Shown here in pieces: positions 40,910-55,381 of a DNA stretch of 64,000 nt. Within the stretch, counting starts at the first letter, position 1; every line of letters starts with the position of its first letter. The DNA comes from Eledone cirrhosa (taxonomy: Eukaryota), in the NCBI GenBank assembly GCA_964016885.1, contig OZ024743.1, forward strand, positions 231,756,001 through 231,820,000, given 5' to 3'. The position numbers were made by a program, and so were the translations under genes. The notes under the pieces were generated by a model. The model was given only the letters and a program-made list of their open reading frames with translations. It was not told the DNA's origin and ran no database searches.

Positions 40910-42930
40910 CCTTTGTAACCCAACTGAGCAACCGATTTGCTGCCCTACAAGACTCTGCGCCAGCAAAATCGTCAAATTCTACATTTAACCACTTTCAAAT
41001 GGCATTCAAAGAGGCAGCGGCCGACACCATCCCTTTAAAACCCAAAGTTAAAAAACGAAAACCCTGGGAAACAGAGAGGATACGCCAAAAGCGCAAAGAG
41101 TTGCGAAAAGATGCAGAATTGAAAGACACTCAACGATCTCCAGAAAACATTAGTAACTTCAATTCTGCTTGTACAGCACTGAAAGGTGAGTATGAAATTG
41201 AGCAATCCGAATACATGCAGAGAAAGATCAATCATATCTCGAGTACTGTCAGCAATAAGAAGCCTGCTGAAGCCTGGAAAACTGTCAATGAAATTAGTGG
41301 CAGAAAAAGTAGTGACAGAGCCAAACTGAAAGCCTCCAGCCAAGACGAACGTTTAAAACTGTGGCAACAAAATGTTCAGAACCTACTTGGCAAAGCACCA
41401 CAGATCATCGAAGAATAAATAATACCCGTTTTTACGAAGGAACATCAAATAGAGAAGGCAGTGAAAAGTATTGGTAACAGAAAAGCGTGCGGACTCGACG
41501 AGATCCCAGCTGAAGTGTGGAAGGTACCTGAATTTCACCCAATCCTACTAGAGTTGTATAATGGTGTCTATAATCAAGACCCCATAGACAAATGGACAGA
41601 GGGATGTATACTCCCTTTTCCCAAATCTTGGAATGGCTAAAAACTACCGTGGCATAACACTAATGGCAATTGCCGCAAAGATATACAATCTCATGCTGTT
41701 TGACAGAATAAGACCTGTCATTGAGCCCTTGTTGAGAAAAAAACAAAATGGCTTCCGCACCAACAGATCAACATCAGGGAAAATACTTATTATTCGGCGT
41801 ATCTTGGAAGGCGTAAAAGCCAAAAACCTCCCAGCAACTCTCCTGTTTATTGACTTTTCAAAAGCATTCGATTCCATCCATCGTGGGAGGATGAGAGAGA
41901 TACTTCTAGCCTACGGCTTGCCAACGGAAACAGTAAATGCCATTATGATGTTATATAAAATCACCCGCGCAATGGTGCGCTCAACTGATGGAGATACCAA
42001 CTTCTTTGACATCATTGTAGGAGTGCTCCAGGTGGATACTCTTGGACCATACATTTTTATCATCTGCTTCGACTATGTATTGAGAAAAGCCCTGGACGAA
42101 AACTTAGAGCTTGGTTTCACTCTCACAAAGCGAAAGTGTAGACGCCATGCAGCTCAGAAAATCACCGATGCTGACTATGCCGATGATTTAGCGGTCCTCG
42201 CTGACTACCTTAAGGATGCAACATCACTACTTCACAGCATCGAATCAGTTGCAAGGGAAATCGAACTCTATGTCAACGCAGGCAAAACAGAACATATTTG
42301 CCTGAACCAAGACTCCTCAGTTGATATGCGAAGTCTAAAGGGCGATACATTCAAGCAAGTTGACGACTTCAAATACCTGGGTAGCTATATCGCCTCCACA
42401 GAACATGATGTTAACATCAGACTGGGAAAAGCCTGGGGAGCATTGGATGCAATGGAAAAGATATGGAAATCAAACCTGCCGGCCAAACTGAAAAGGAATT
42501 TCTTCAGAGCTGCTGTGGAATCTGTGCTTGTTTATGGCTCTATCACTTGGACGCTAACGTCGAAACTGGAGAAAAAGCTAGACGGAGCATACACACATAT
42601 GCTCCGCGCTGCTTTAAACGTGTCTTGGAGGGAACACCAAACAAATAATGATATCTATGGCAATATACCACCTATCAGCAGGTCAATACGTGGAGAGAGA
42701 CTCAGATTGCTGGCCACTGTTGGCGCAGCAAGGACGAAATAGTGGGTGATGTGTTGTTATGGAGTCCATCTCATGGAGCAAGAAACGCTGGTCGTCCCAA
42801 GAAGACATACGTCAAGCAACTTGAGGACGATACTGGATGCACTGCGGAAGAACTGGCAAACGCTATGAGAAACAGAGATGGATGGAGGAAACGTGTCGGA
42901 GAAGGCCGAGCAAGCTCGACCTGATGATGA

Positions 42931-42933
<3 letters not shown>
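40910..42933 (+). mobile_element. 5'-truncated, decayed RTE-clade LINE with (TGA)n tail
   Basis: ORFs 40840-41418, 41633-42742 (FIDFSKAFDSI, GVLQ.DTL.P, DYADD, FKYLGS) and 42742-42924 (GRPKKTY..MRNRDGW) with frameshifts; tail gatgatgatga then (TA)n. Confidence 0.92.
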
Positions 42934-43024
<91 letters not shown>

Positions 43025-43055
43025 GTATATATATATGTATATATATGTATTTATA

Positions 43056-43204
<149 letters not shown>

Positions 43205-43967
43205 TAAAATAGCTATATATATATATATATATATAAGCATCCACATATATGCACACATCCATGTAAAGGCCCGTGGAACACTCACATACATACACGAAGA
43301 TATACATAATTCCACAAATATATGTACCCATCGACTTCATATATTTGAATGTAGAATTCATACATTCACACACCCTACATCAGCATGTATTTAAAATAAA
43401 CAAAAAAAATATGAACAATTTTACTCATCGTTTTAAAGTGTGTAGCTCATATAAAACGTGACTTGTTTGTTAAAAAATGAAAGGGTGAAATGTTTCGAAA
43501 ATACACCCAACTTAAAAAATGAAATAAATAAAGATAATGAGTGAAACAAAAATATGAAAGAAAATATAGAGAACAGAGGTAAGAAAGAAGAAAATTTAGT
43601 GAATGGAGTTAAGGTGCAACAAGCAAAGATAAAATAAATTAAGAATACTTGCTCAGGCATAGATGGAAAAATAATATATGCATGGGGTAGTCGCATAGAT
43701 ATGTATGTTATGCCAATGTATGGTATAGATACGTACATTATAGTTGTGTATTGTATAAATATGTATTGTATAGTTGTATTGATATATATTTTATAGTTAT
43801 ATATGGTGATGATATTAACTGTATAGGAATGTATTTTATAGATATATGGTGTATAAATATGTAATGTAGAGTTACGTCATGCATAGATATGTGCTGAATG
43901 GTTTTGTAATGTATAGATATGTAGTTACAGATAGGTATTGTATAATCATTTAGTGCATAGATGTGTA

Positions 43968-44055
<88 letters not shown>

Positions 44056-44127
44056 TGTGGTGCTTTAATGATTTTTTTTTTTTTTACATATATATATGTT
44101 ATCAACGATAAGTTATATATATATTTT

Positions 44128-44187
<60 letters not shown>

Positions 44188-44346
44188 CGTGGTTGGTTGT
44201 GCTGGTGTGTGTGTGTGTGCTCCGATCTAGCTATAGAAACAGCTGGAGCTCAGCTGTAGGGGGTCTTCCTATTACCCACTCTACTACCCTAAGTATCGAG
44301 TACGCTGGTGCGTTATGGTCCACCTGGTTCCTTACCACACTTTCTT

Positions 44347-44417
<71 letters not shown>

Positions 44418-44419
<2 letters not shown>

Positions 44420-44535
44420 AGAAAGTATGACTCCGACGGCAGAGCTCAAGCCGTTTCGACGGCTATTTCTGGATTAGTCCAGAAATACACGTCTAAACGG
44501 CTTGAGCTCTGCCGTCGAGGTCATACTTTCTCCTA
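44418..44535. repeat. fold-back of the family G HHR 3' half
   Basis: aggagaaagtatgactccgacggcagagctcaagccgttt...tttctggat tagtccagaaa...aaacggcttgagctctgccgtcgaggtcatactttctcct. Confidence 0.8.
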
Positions 44536-44633
44536 TTACCCACTCTACTACTCTAAGTATCGAGTACTCTGTTGCGTTAGGGTCCATCTGCTTTCTTACC
44601 ACAACTCCTCCTTTATATATATATATATATATA

Positions 44634-45555
44634 TTGTTATACTTGGGGAGGGTCATATTTGTGAAATATTGCCAGAATTAATAACAGGACACACTCACTG
44701 TTTGGTTGGTTTTCGCTTCTGTGTCTTTTATATCGGTTAATTTAATTTATTCGGTCATCAATGTTGCCATTGACTGACCAACGGTCAAAAATACAGATGC
44801 AATATAGACACAAACACATATATATAGTCTATCAAAGTTCTTTCGTTGCACATCTGCAACATCGTCAGTGGTGCTATTGTTTCCTCCCGTTGCATTGTAT
44901 GTCTACGCAATCTTTATTTAGTCTGTTTATATATTTATTTATTTGTTTTTTTTGTTTTTTCTCTTCTTTGCGCATGCGTTTGCGTGTGTGTATAGTGTTT
45001 TGTTTGATGTGTGTTCGTGTTTGGGTGACTGTGTATTGGTCAATGTATTCTATCTTTAATAGTGTGTGTTTATATGTGTTTGTTGTTATTGTGCTTCTGT
45101 ATGTATTTATTTATTCATCTATTTATTTATTTATTTATACTTCTCTTAGGTCAGTGTTGCTTGTTTGGGTGTTGTTGTTATTCCATTCATTTTTTCTGTT
45201 TAGCCTTGGCCTTCTAAGTTCTATTTCTCTGGACTCTCTGATTTGCCTATCTGCTGGGTAAATTCTATGTTTATATATTATTCTAATTTCTATGTTGTCT
45301 ATGTTACCGTCGTGTTGTTGTCTGGCATGTTCGTATAGTACTGAACAGTTTTTTCGTCCTTTTAGTTCCGCCCAGTGTTGGTCTATCCTTTCAGCTATGC
45401 TACGAGCTGTCTCACCTATGTATGTTGTTGTCATGTTTCTGCATGTACCCTCTGTACATCTTATGCTATAGACTACGTTTCTAGTTTTATATTTTATCCG
45501 GGGGTTTACTTTACATATGATACATTTCCTATTAGTACAGTGGGTTTTCTTCACC
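44634..45555 (-). mobile_element. Naiad-like PLE (family D): inverted GIY-YIG plus 3' UTR with HHR at 44831-44873
   Basis: CTNRKCIIC..NVVYSIRCTEGTC..YIGETARSIAERIDQH..RQIRE..LNRKNEWN; HHR core CTGACGA tgttgca gatg tgcaac GAAA gaa CTT. Confidence 0.9.
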
Positions 45556-45559
45556 GGAA

Positions 45560-48185
45560 GAATTTACCAATGACTACACAGTAAATATTTATGGGAACAC
45601 TTTAATCAGTGAACAAGAACAACAAATCCTGCAGCTACCACAAACATTTGCCATCTACAAAAGGATTAACCCTCTTGAGTGCAAAATGGAGCTGGAAAAG
45701 TGTTTCACAAAAATACGTTGGAATGCAAAAGTAAACAACAACAACAACTATACGGACAGCAACAACAATAATAATATACACAATAACTCTGAGTATAGAA
45801 ATAACAGCTATAATAGTAATAGTCATAACAATAGCAGGAGAGTGAGAAATAGTAATAATGGTAATAATATTAACGATAGACAGAACAACAATAACAACCA
45901 CAATAATAATAATAATAATAATAGAAACATTAACTACAGACACAGCAGCTGCGACCACAGTAGTAATAACGGTAACAATACGAATAACAACAACAACAAC
46001 CACAGTGGTAATAATACAAATAATACATGTAGCAACATTAATGATAGACACAACAAAAACAAGAAACATAATAAAAGTAACAACCACAATGGTAGAAATA
46101 ACAGTAACAACAACAATAACGGTGGAGAAAACAACAACAATACATCTAACAATCACAGCAACAATACATCTAGCAATCATAACAACAATACATCTAACAA
46201 TCACAGCAACAATATATCTAGCCATCATAACAACAATAATAATGCTAATGATAGGAACAACAACAACCACCATAATAACAATAATAGCAACACACACAAC
46301 TATGACGGTAGATATAATGACAAACTCTTAGAGAAACTATTCTTCAACCCAGCTGACAAAACATATAAGATAGGTAATATCTATCCTACGAGGTTACCCT
46401 TTAATAAAAGAGTTTGCATACCACAACAATTAGATGACGAGACAGAGGCACAGTTCATCATAGCTAGAAATAAGATTAGACAAATAGTAGACCGGTATAC
46501 TAAGAGACAGAGCAGACCAGAGGTCCAACATCTTGGGAGGAAACCTGTAGAAGGCTTGGTTAGCCTCAAGCAGCGCACAAGGGATGGTGAGGTAGTATGT
46601 CTACCCACGGATAAGTCTGGTAGGATGTCAATAGACAGCATGCCGAACTACATCAAGGCTATGCAACCCCACATCACCAACACGAGCGAAATTGCACAGC
46701 AAATACATGATGGGGAGAGAAAATCCTCAACGCTAACATGATGATGTGGACCGACATCCTAAAGCCAAGCAGGCGCACTGCCAATAACTTCCAGGCGTCT
46801 AACAATGGCATACCACCCTTGTATGGGTTCCGCAAAGACAACAAGACAGTCGACGACCCGACAACAGGACCACCAACAAGACCCGTATGCGGAGCAAATA
46901 TAGCTAGCAACTACAGGATCTCCTACTTCCTCTCAATGGTTATACGCCCCATAATCAAAATGTCCCCAGATGTATGTGACAGTACAGAGGACCTCCTCAG
47001 CAGAATCAGTGAGTGCAACAAAAACAGGAACCTATACAACTGCATAATAGGCAGTATGGATGTGGTATCACTGTACCCATCCATTAAGATTGATTTTGCT
47101 GTGGAAAAATGTGTGGGGATGATCATTGAGAGTGAGGTGGAGTTCTGCGACGTCGACACGGACGAACTGGGCCTCCTACTTAGACTTACCTACGACACTG
47201 GTTACCTAGACAGCCATGACCTTAGACGTTTCTGCCCCAGTAGACACATAAGAGGTAGACCCCCCCCCCCCACCATAACCTCAATGGCAAAAAAGACTCC
47301 CTTGGGAAGGTGGATTGGGTTGACCAAAGCTATACGGACCCCCAAAACAATGATCAGGTAGGAAAAATGGTCGCACATGCAATGGGGGCTAGTATCAAAA
47401 CTACCCTAAAGGGCCACATATTCAAGTTCAACGAGAATATCTACACCCAAAATGAGGGAGCAGCCATTGGCGTCAGCATAGCTGGTGACGTTGCCAACCT
47501 TTTTATGGTATGGTGGGAAAGGAGACTTAAAGATCTCCTTGATGAGAGCTCCATAGACCTCATCATGTACTCGCGTTACGTAGAATATATCAATATAGTA
47601 ATAAGAACATCCCCACAAGAGAGCACTAACAAGTTTGATTTAGAACGTAGCACAATGGAAAGCATCCAGCAGATAGCTAATTCCATACACCAGAGTATAA
47701 CTGTAACTATCGACTACCCTTCCAAACACCCTAACAATAGACTACCTCTATTAGACACGGAACTCTGGATTAACACTATAGACGAGAGTGCCCAAATTCT
47801 CCACTCACACTATGCTAAACCCATGGCCTCCAAATACCTGATACTCAAAAACTCAGCAATGTCCAGTAGTGCTAAGTTTAATATTCTGATCGCAGACTTG
47901 GTACGAGTGATGAAGAACGTGTCCTGCATCTGCGACCCAACAGAAATGGAAAGACACATCCAACACATCATCAACCGCATGCAGTTCTCTGGCTACAACG
48001 AAGAGACAGAATCAGAGTATACGAAGGAACCACGGAGAATTATAAGACCCTCATAGAACTGGACATGAACGGAATTTTCCCATTATACAGGAGCAAATCA
48101 TGGAATAGCTTAGATAGGGCTAGACATAGGATAGGGAAAGCCACCAAATGGTACGACAAACAGAGAAACCAAAATGTCATGTTTG
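45560..48185 (+). pseudogene. Naiad-like PLE RT with Asn-rich N-terminal insert, frameshifted and 3'-truncated
   Basis: VCLPTDKSGRM, PPLYGFRKDNK, PPTRPVCGA, GSMDVVSLYPSI, GAAIGVSIAGDVANLFMVWW, RYVEY (decayed YVDD), LPLLDTELW, HYAKPMASK. Clade assignment is from motif recall only. Confidence 0.88.
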
Positions 48186-50255
48186 TTCTATTTGTGTGCG
48201 TCTGATTTGTTTTATTAATTTGGTTTTTGTGTGTGTCTGTATGTCTTCATTTGTCCTTAATTATTAATTGTGATATTGCTATTCCACTCATGTTTCTGTT
48301 TAATTTTGGTTGGAGTTCCTTTAGGTTTGTCGCCTTTATGATTTGTCTGAGCAATGCATCTTTTCTGTGTGTAGATATAATTTTTATCTTTATATTCTCT
48401 AATGTGCCCCTATGTTCTATTTTGGCATGTTAGTGGAGTACTGATGAGTTTTTCCTATCCTTGAGTTCTCCCCAGTATTCGTTTACTCGTTCTTCTCTGC
48501 TGCGGGCTGTTTCACTTACGTATGTTATGTTCTTCTTCTTACAGTATCCCTCACTACATCTTATGCTATATAGTACGTTCCGGGGTTTGCAGTTAGTTTG
48601 CTGGCTTAACTTGCAGAATATGAATTTCCTATCAGTGCAAGGGATTCTTTGAAATGGGTATGTTTTACTAATTAGGATTTGTATGTGAATACCTGGTCTT
48701 TTAACTATCTTGATATTTAATTTGAGCTTCTCTAAGGCCCTTCTAAATCTGCAAGATAGTTCGCCTCTAGGGGTTGTATTGACGAACATTACACTCTGGT
48801 ATTATTTGTCTTATTCCTAATCCTTTCTATTCTTTTCTAAAATATTCTCCTATACATGGGGCATGTCCCATTTGCATCATTTTCTACAATATCTGCCCAT
48901 TAGGTCCTGGCTCTTTTATATACCCTGATCTTGTCTCTCTGACTGTAGCCAGAACCTGCATGCGGTGGATGAAGTGTTGTATGTGTCTCTCTAATTCATT
49001 AGAGTTGCACATGTTGGACACGTTCCCCATCAGTCTTTCTACGTCCGCAATCAATATATTGAATTTCATGTGGTCCGAAATAGCTGAGTTTCTGTGTATC
49101 AGGTGCTTAGGGGTCATGGGTTTGCCATGCGAATGGAGGATTTGCGTTCTGTTACTAATAGTTTCCAACCAGAGTTGTGTGACTAGTACGGGTAATCTGT
49201 GGTTGGGGTGTTTAGTTAGGTAGTCGATAGTAATTTGAATACTCTGGTGGATGGAGTTAGCTAATTACTGGCTGCTTTCATTAGTGTTCTTCGCTAATTC
49301 CTGACTGTTCTCCTGTGGGGGTCATTTTACTACGAGGTTTATGCCATCTACTTAGCGGGAGTCAGGGTTATGAAATTATAGTCTAATTATTCCTTAAGTC
49401 TTCTGTCCCCCATACCATATAGAAGTTAGCTATTTCACCTGCAATGCTAACACCAATGGCTGTCCTCTCATCTTGGGCATATGTTTTGCCATTAAACGTG
49501 AACATATGTTCTTTAAGGGTTAGTTTTATACTGGGCCCCCCCGGCATGTGCGATCATTTTCTTTAATTCATCATCATTTTTAATTCATCCGCTCCAGCTT
49601 TCTGTGTGGGACTTCTTAGCCATTGAAATAATTGTTTCTACTTTTGGCACAAGGTGAGCAATTAACCAGTGCATTACTGGTACTTTATTTTATCGACCCC
49701 GTAAGGATGAAAAGCAAAGTTAACCTCGGCGGGATTTGAACTCAGATTGAAAAGGACCGTAACTCTATGCATCAAAGCATGACGTCCGATACTCTACAGA
49801 TAATGGTAGATAGTTTGCCTCTTTCTGGCCTTGTGGGGCAGAAGTCGCTGAAGTAATGTGTGTCTAAATAATCCTTATTGTGTGTGAGTTTAAGTAGGAG
49901 TCACAGCTCACTGGTATCACTCCAACGGAATTCGACATCGCTCTCGCTGATAAATTCTACGCATTTTCCACAGTAAAATCAACATCAATGGAAGGGTATA
50001 GGGACACTACACCCATGTTACGTATTGTACAGCCTGTTAGGGCCCTAGACAGAGTTTTCCCCCAGTTGCTGGGCCTCTATTATATTCTGTTTCCTGCTAT
50101 GCTGTTCTAGAACCTTTTTTAAGTTTAGTCCTAGGTATTTTAAAAACACAACAGTGTGTATGTTTTTATTGGCAGCATAATCATCCCAAATCATATCTGT
50201 TTCAACACACGTTTTCAGATAAGAAATCTTGCAAAACAAATTAAAAAACGAAGTA
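48186..50255 (-). mobile_element. decayed Naiad-like PLE (family E), interrupted by a SINE, with an inverted 3' end at ~50130-50255
   Basis: MFVNTTPRGEL..NVLYSIRCSEGYC..YVSETARS (48430-48789); RT remnants to ~50050; 50150-50255 matches 26100-26203. Confidence 0.85.
49627..49802 (-). mobile_element. tRNA-derived SINE nested in PLE E
   Basis: SINE consensus. Confidence 0.9.
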
Positions 50256-50269
50256 TATATACATATATA

Positions 50270-50617
50270 TGTATGTAAAATGTAACAAAAATGACAACAC
50301 GATCGGTACAGGATATGGAAGGAATATATTAATTTAACCCTTGAAATATCAGGAATAGTGTCTTAATGTTTAGGACGCTAGTCCCTCATCAGAAGAAAGA
50401 ATGAGAAATTTGAAAGATAGAAGTGACGGGCAGGCGGAAATCGGAAAATATGTTTTCAGTTAAAAATAACAGGTCCATCTCTTGGAAAACTCTTGATGCT
50501 GGCGTTTTGTGTATGATATATTTTTTTAGAAAAGTGGATGGTGTAGCGCGTCTACCTACCTGAAATGGAGAAGAAACTGTTTTATATAGAGAGCTATACA
50601 TGTACGCGCGCGTGCGG

Positions 50618-50673
<56 letters not shown>

Positions 50674-51140
50674 ATACGTCCGTACGAAGCTACGGTGATG
50701 CGTGTGTATATGTTAGTAAAAAGGAGTGTGCGTACGAAGCTGCGATCTAAGTATGTTAACAAAAGAAAGTGTGCGTGTGTAGACAGAGCTGTGAAAAGAA
50801 CAGTAGAGGTGTGCGCGCGTATATTGTTAGTCTGTATATTGTTAGTCAGTATATGTTTCAGACCAATGGAGAACCATAGGATTCTAGGGGTGAACGTAGA
50901 AGCGTGTGTGTGATAACGGAAGGGGTAAACGTGACTGGGACAAAGGGTAGAGAAGTAAGTTCGAACATATATATGTAATATTATAGAAATCGGGGAGGGA
51001 GTTGAGTACATGACGGAAACAGGACCAAAGGCGGAAAATTAGACTCTGTTCAGTCCTGTTGCGCGAGGCCTGAGGTGTAAAAGGATACCAAGGACGACAT
51101 GTAGGGAAGAGTCCTGGGGAAAAAGACCTGGGGAACGGAT
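50270..51140 (-). mobile_element. PLE 3' remnant (family H): GIY-YIG end, 3' UTR and HHR-like motif at 50361-50396
   Basis: RTEQSLIFRLWSCFRHVLNS resembles family A RVKQRTIFTLQTHTPPGLNS; tctt CTGATGA ggga ctagcg tcc TAAAC att aaga. Sister ends at ~51330-51480, 56990-57120 and 63260-63420. Confidence 0.6.
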
Positions 51141-51807
51141 ATATATATTTATATTTATATTTATATTGAATTCCTCCTGTGCATGTACCGGAAGACTACA
51201 AAACAGATTAGTACTCGATGTATGATGGGATGTATGTTATATCACTCATTCTAGAGTACAATGGCACATAGCAAAACAGGGTAAAGGAAGTTGGGCCATT
51301 AGGCGAATTACGCAAATATAGATGAAGAAAAGAATATATATATATATATATCCCAAAGGCAAACAGAAATAACAAAACAAATGACAGAGTACAATGAAGA
51401 AATGTATTCGTTTTCTGCTTGATTGAATTGGAAAAGTGTCTTAACGTTTCACACGCTAGTCCTTCATTTCATAATAGAATGATAAATTAGAGAAAAATTA
51501 GAAGGGTAGAGGAGAGATGGCAGTGGGAGAAATGAAAAGGGTTTTTCTTTGAGAAAAATAGGTCGATTCAACTCGACAACTTTTGGGAAATTCTGGCATT
51601 GGTATAGAAGAAAACATGCTGCTCTTGTGTTAAAGGGAGCTGATCGAACTTGTCTTGCTGAAAAAGGAAAAAATCGTTTTGTATATAGAGTGTGCATTTG
51701 CGTGCGTACTCGCGCGCGTGTGTGTGTGTTGTTTGTGCATTTCAAGCTATATAAACACTCTACTTTCGTTTTGAAAGCGTTTTCCCTTTTCCATACATAC
51801 ACTCATA

Positions 51808-51898
<91 letters not shown>

Positions 51899-52387
51899 TA
51901 TATATCTAAATATGTGTATATGACTTTTTGTAATATATATCTAACTATGTATATGACTTTATGTAAATATGTTTGCGTTTGTATATATATATATATATAT
52001 ACAGGGCCACTCGAATTTCTCTTAGTGTGCGCTAATCCATCCATTCTGAATCAGTCCTATTCAAGTCAATGAAGCATCGAAATATATATCATGAATATCT
52101 CCTCAAAGAGGTCTACGTGAATTGCTTAGTAACGGCATAATATTTCCAAAGGATTTAATCTCTTACATTGTTATTGACAATCAATGTTTCCCACTCTGAC
52201 TACTTTAACTAACAAAGCCAATGTAAAGTCCTAAGTGTTTGCTAAATAATTGTTTCATTATTTCCCATAAGTATAAATAATAATGTCAAGTGAGTAAAAT
52301 GTAATGTACGTAATATATAAGTTAAAGTTGCATCTCACAGTAAAATAACTACGATTTATATACCACTTATCTGTCGTTTGCACTCTA

Positions 52388-52829
<442 letters not shown>

Positions 52830-53263
52830 CAATATCAATTTAACATACATATATAATGTATTTGATTCCATCTGAATTCGTGATGTATGGACGATATATA
52901 TATATATATATATCGCATTCGTGCAATCTATTCTACAAATCTAAGTGGAATTTCTCATATCGGATATCAATATATGGGGCCAGGTTGAAATTAGCAGCTA
53001 GTTACGGTAAAATCTATTACCCAAATATTTTCTTTCTTAATAAGGATGAACACAACCGATCCTACCACTGATTAAGTATCCGGAAAAGTGATGTACATAT
53101 CAGCTTTGTCCATACCAAACAATGATAATTTTATCTACTACAGAAAGCCCCATATTATGTATATTAGCACGGTTAGTTCTCTGTTTCTGACACATTTGAT
53201 GGGTATATAAAACATTTTGTTAAGTATGTTTCCGTAGATTGTGACGGGTATAGATAACTTCTG

Positions 53264-53452
53264 ATAATTGTTTCTACTTTTGGCACCAGGCCAGCAATTA
53301 TCCCAGTGCATTACTGGTACTTTATTTTATCGACCCCGTAAGGATGAAAGGCAAAGTTAACCTCGGCGGGATTTGAACTCAGATCATAAAGGGAGGTAAC
53401 TCTATGCTTCAAAGCATGGCGCCTGACACTCTACCAATACTGCCAATCCACC
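53264..53452 (-). mobile_element. tRNA-derived SINE
   Basis: Near-consensus copy. Confidence 0.92.
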
Positions 53453-53881
53453 CAATGCAGCTCGCGGGTCAAGCAGTCCAGGTCAAGCAGTTCAGCTTTT
53501 TCAATCTACAATGAAATGACGTAAATATGATATGTTGGAAAAATATACCCTAGAAACCCCATCTAACAACAATGTGAATATAATAGATCGCAAAGAATTA
53601 CATTTGAAAACAATCTAATCTAAGCTATGTAGCAAATCAAAAATTTTCTTAAAAAATATATCAACGTAAACACGTTTACAAACTACAAAGGGAGATATGC
53701 CTCATTGAAAGAATAAATTAATTTGTTTAACCGGGATGACCTGATCATTTATCTGTGATATTCTAGACATGATGATTCTGTTCTTCTATGGATAACAATT
53801 TCTGTATTACTTATTTCTACATGACAAAATTAGAGCTGGAATAATCTTCATCTTAGGGTTCCATGTAGGATTCTTTCTAAA

Positions 53882-54103
53882 TAATGATTTCTACTAGAGG
53901 TACAAGGCCAACATTTTTGGGGGGAAGAGGAAAGTCTATTAAATCGACCCCAGTGCATTACTGGTATTTTATTTTATCGACTCCGTAAGGATGAAGGCAA
54001 AGCTAACTCCAGCGGGATTTGAACTCAGAACATTAAGGGCCATGACTTTATGCAGCAAAGCATGATGCCTGACGCTCTACCGATACTGCCAATCCACCGC
54101 CCC
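53882..54103 (-). mobile_element. tRNA-derived SINE, full-length, longer subfamily
   Basis: 5' end ggggcggtggattggcagtatcggtagagcgtc on the minus strand, with B box and core. Confidence 0.9.
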
Positions 54104-54588
54104 ATTCGTTCTAAATAAAACGAACCATAACCAGTGCAAGGAATAACAATTCTTTCGATAATCTGTGTAGTCGCATCTGAGAATTCTCTGAATTTCTGTA
54201 AATGTTTAACCTCAAATTGAAGAGTACTGGTTCGTTTAAATACTATTATTCAGTACACCCATATTTATTTTGTTATTCTTGATGTGGGTATTTGTCTATT
54301 ATAGAACTTGCTATCCTGAATCAAAATTGGGTTGTAGAGCAAAAGTAGAAATCAAAATTTCTGCCCAAGAAGTTGACATTTAATATATCGTTTGGTAATT
54401 CTTAGTTGTGAGCCATTCAGCGAATATAAGTGCATTTGTTGTAACTTACGTAATATTAGAGGGGCATTATGCATGATACATTTGCTGCATAGTAAATGAT
54501 ATAGATCTTATTCATTTCATATATAAAGATAAATGCACAGAGAAAGAGAGAGAGAGAGGGAGAGAATGAGAAGGAGACACACACACAA

Positions 54589-54642
<54 letters not shown>

Positions 54643-55381
54643 CTATGTAAATACGTTCATTTCAGGTACAAGTATATATACATGTAATCCATGTGTAAAG
54701 CTATTCAAAATATGTTATTGGTTTATTTGTATTTCTACTTATTTTATGTAATCCATATGTTATGGCTTATAAGTCATTGTTAAAAATGTGTCTATTATTT
54801 GCTTTCGGTACTATAACATGTACACACATACACTCACACACGCACCCACACATACACACACATGCACCCCCCCCCCACACACACATATATATATCAAAGG
54901 TATATATTATTGAGTTATGAACTCAATATATATATTTATAGTGTTTAGGGAGTAAAAGAAACACAAACATAGAGATAGACATTTCCCTTCATCAGTTGTC
55001 TGCTGCGGGTTTCAGATGTTTCGGCGCATTAAAGACAATACATCTATTTGCAGTATGTTAATAACTTAGGAAATTATTAGGGAAAGAAAAGACGAGAAAG
55101 AGACGATAGCGAAGAGAGAGCAAAGAGAAAGAAAGAGAAAAAAAGAGTAAAACATACTGATAGTGTGGGGGGTAAAAAGTACAGTGGCACATGTATGTAG
55201 AGTAACCAAGGGGAGAGAAGACGAAGTTAAAAAAAAGGCAACTAAGTTTAAGCGCAGAGAGCTTATTAACAGCGAGAGAGCTAAGAGAAACACGTCTGTT
55301 CTCGGTGAGAACGGGTGTAAAGAGAGAGAGAGAGAGATGAACAAAACGGAAGTAGTAATATATATATATATATAAAGGAAA

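Noticed and set aside
45635-46331. Hydrophobic V/I-rich and T/I-rich ORFs resembling membrane proteins or mucins
   Set aside because: Alternative frames or antisense of the Asn-rich triplet tract in the PLE ORF.
48441-48460. CTGATGA heptamer
   Set aside because: Lies antisense within endonuclease coding sequence, with no stem II or GAAA.
54975-55030. Minus-strand GAAAC...CTGATGA suggesting a permuted (type II) hammerhead
   Set aside because: No UH cleavage triplet or consistent stems I/III could be built.
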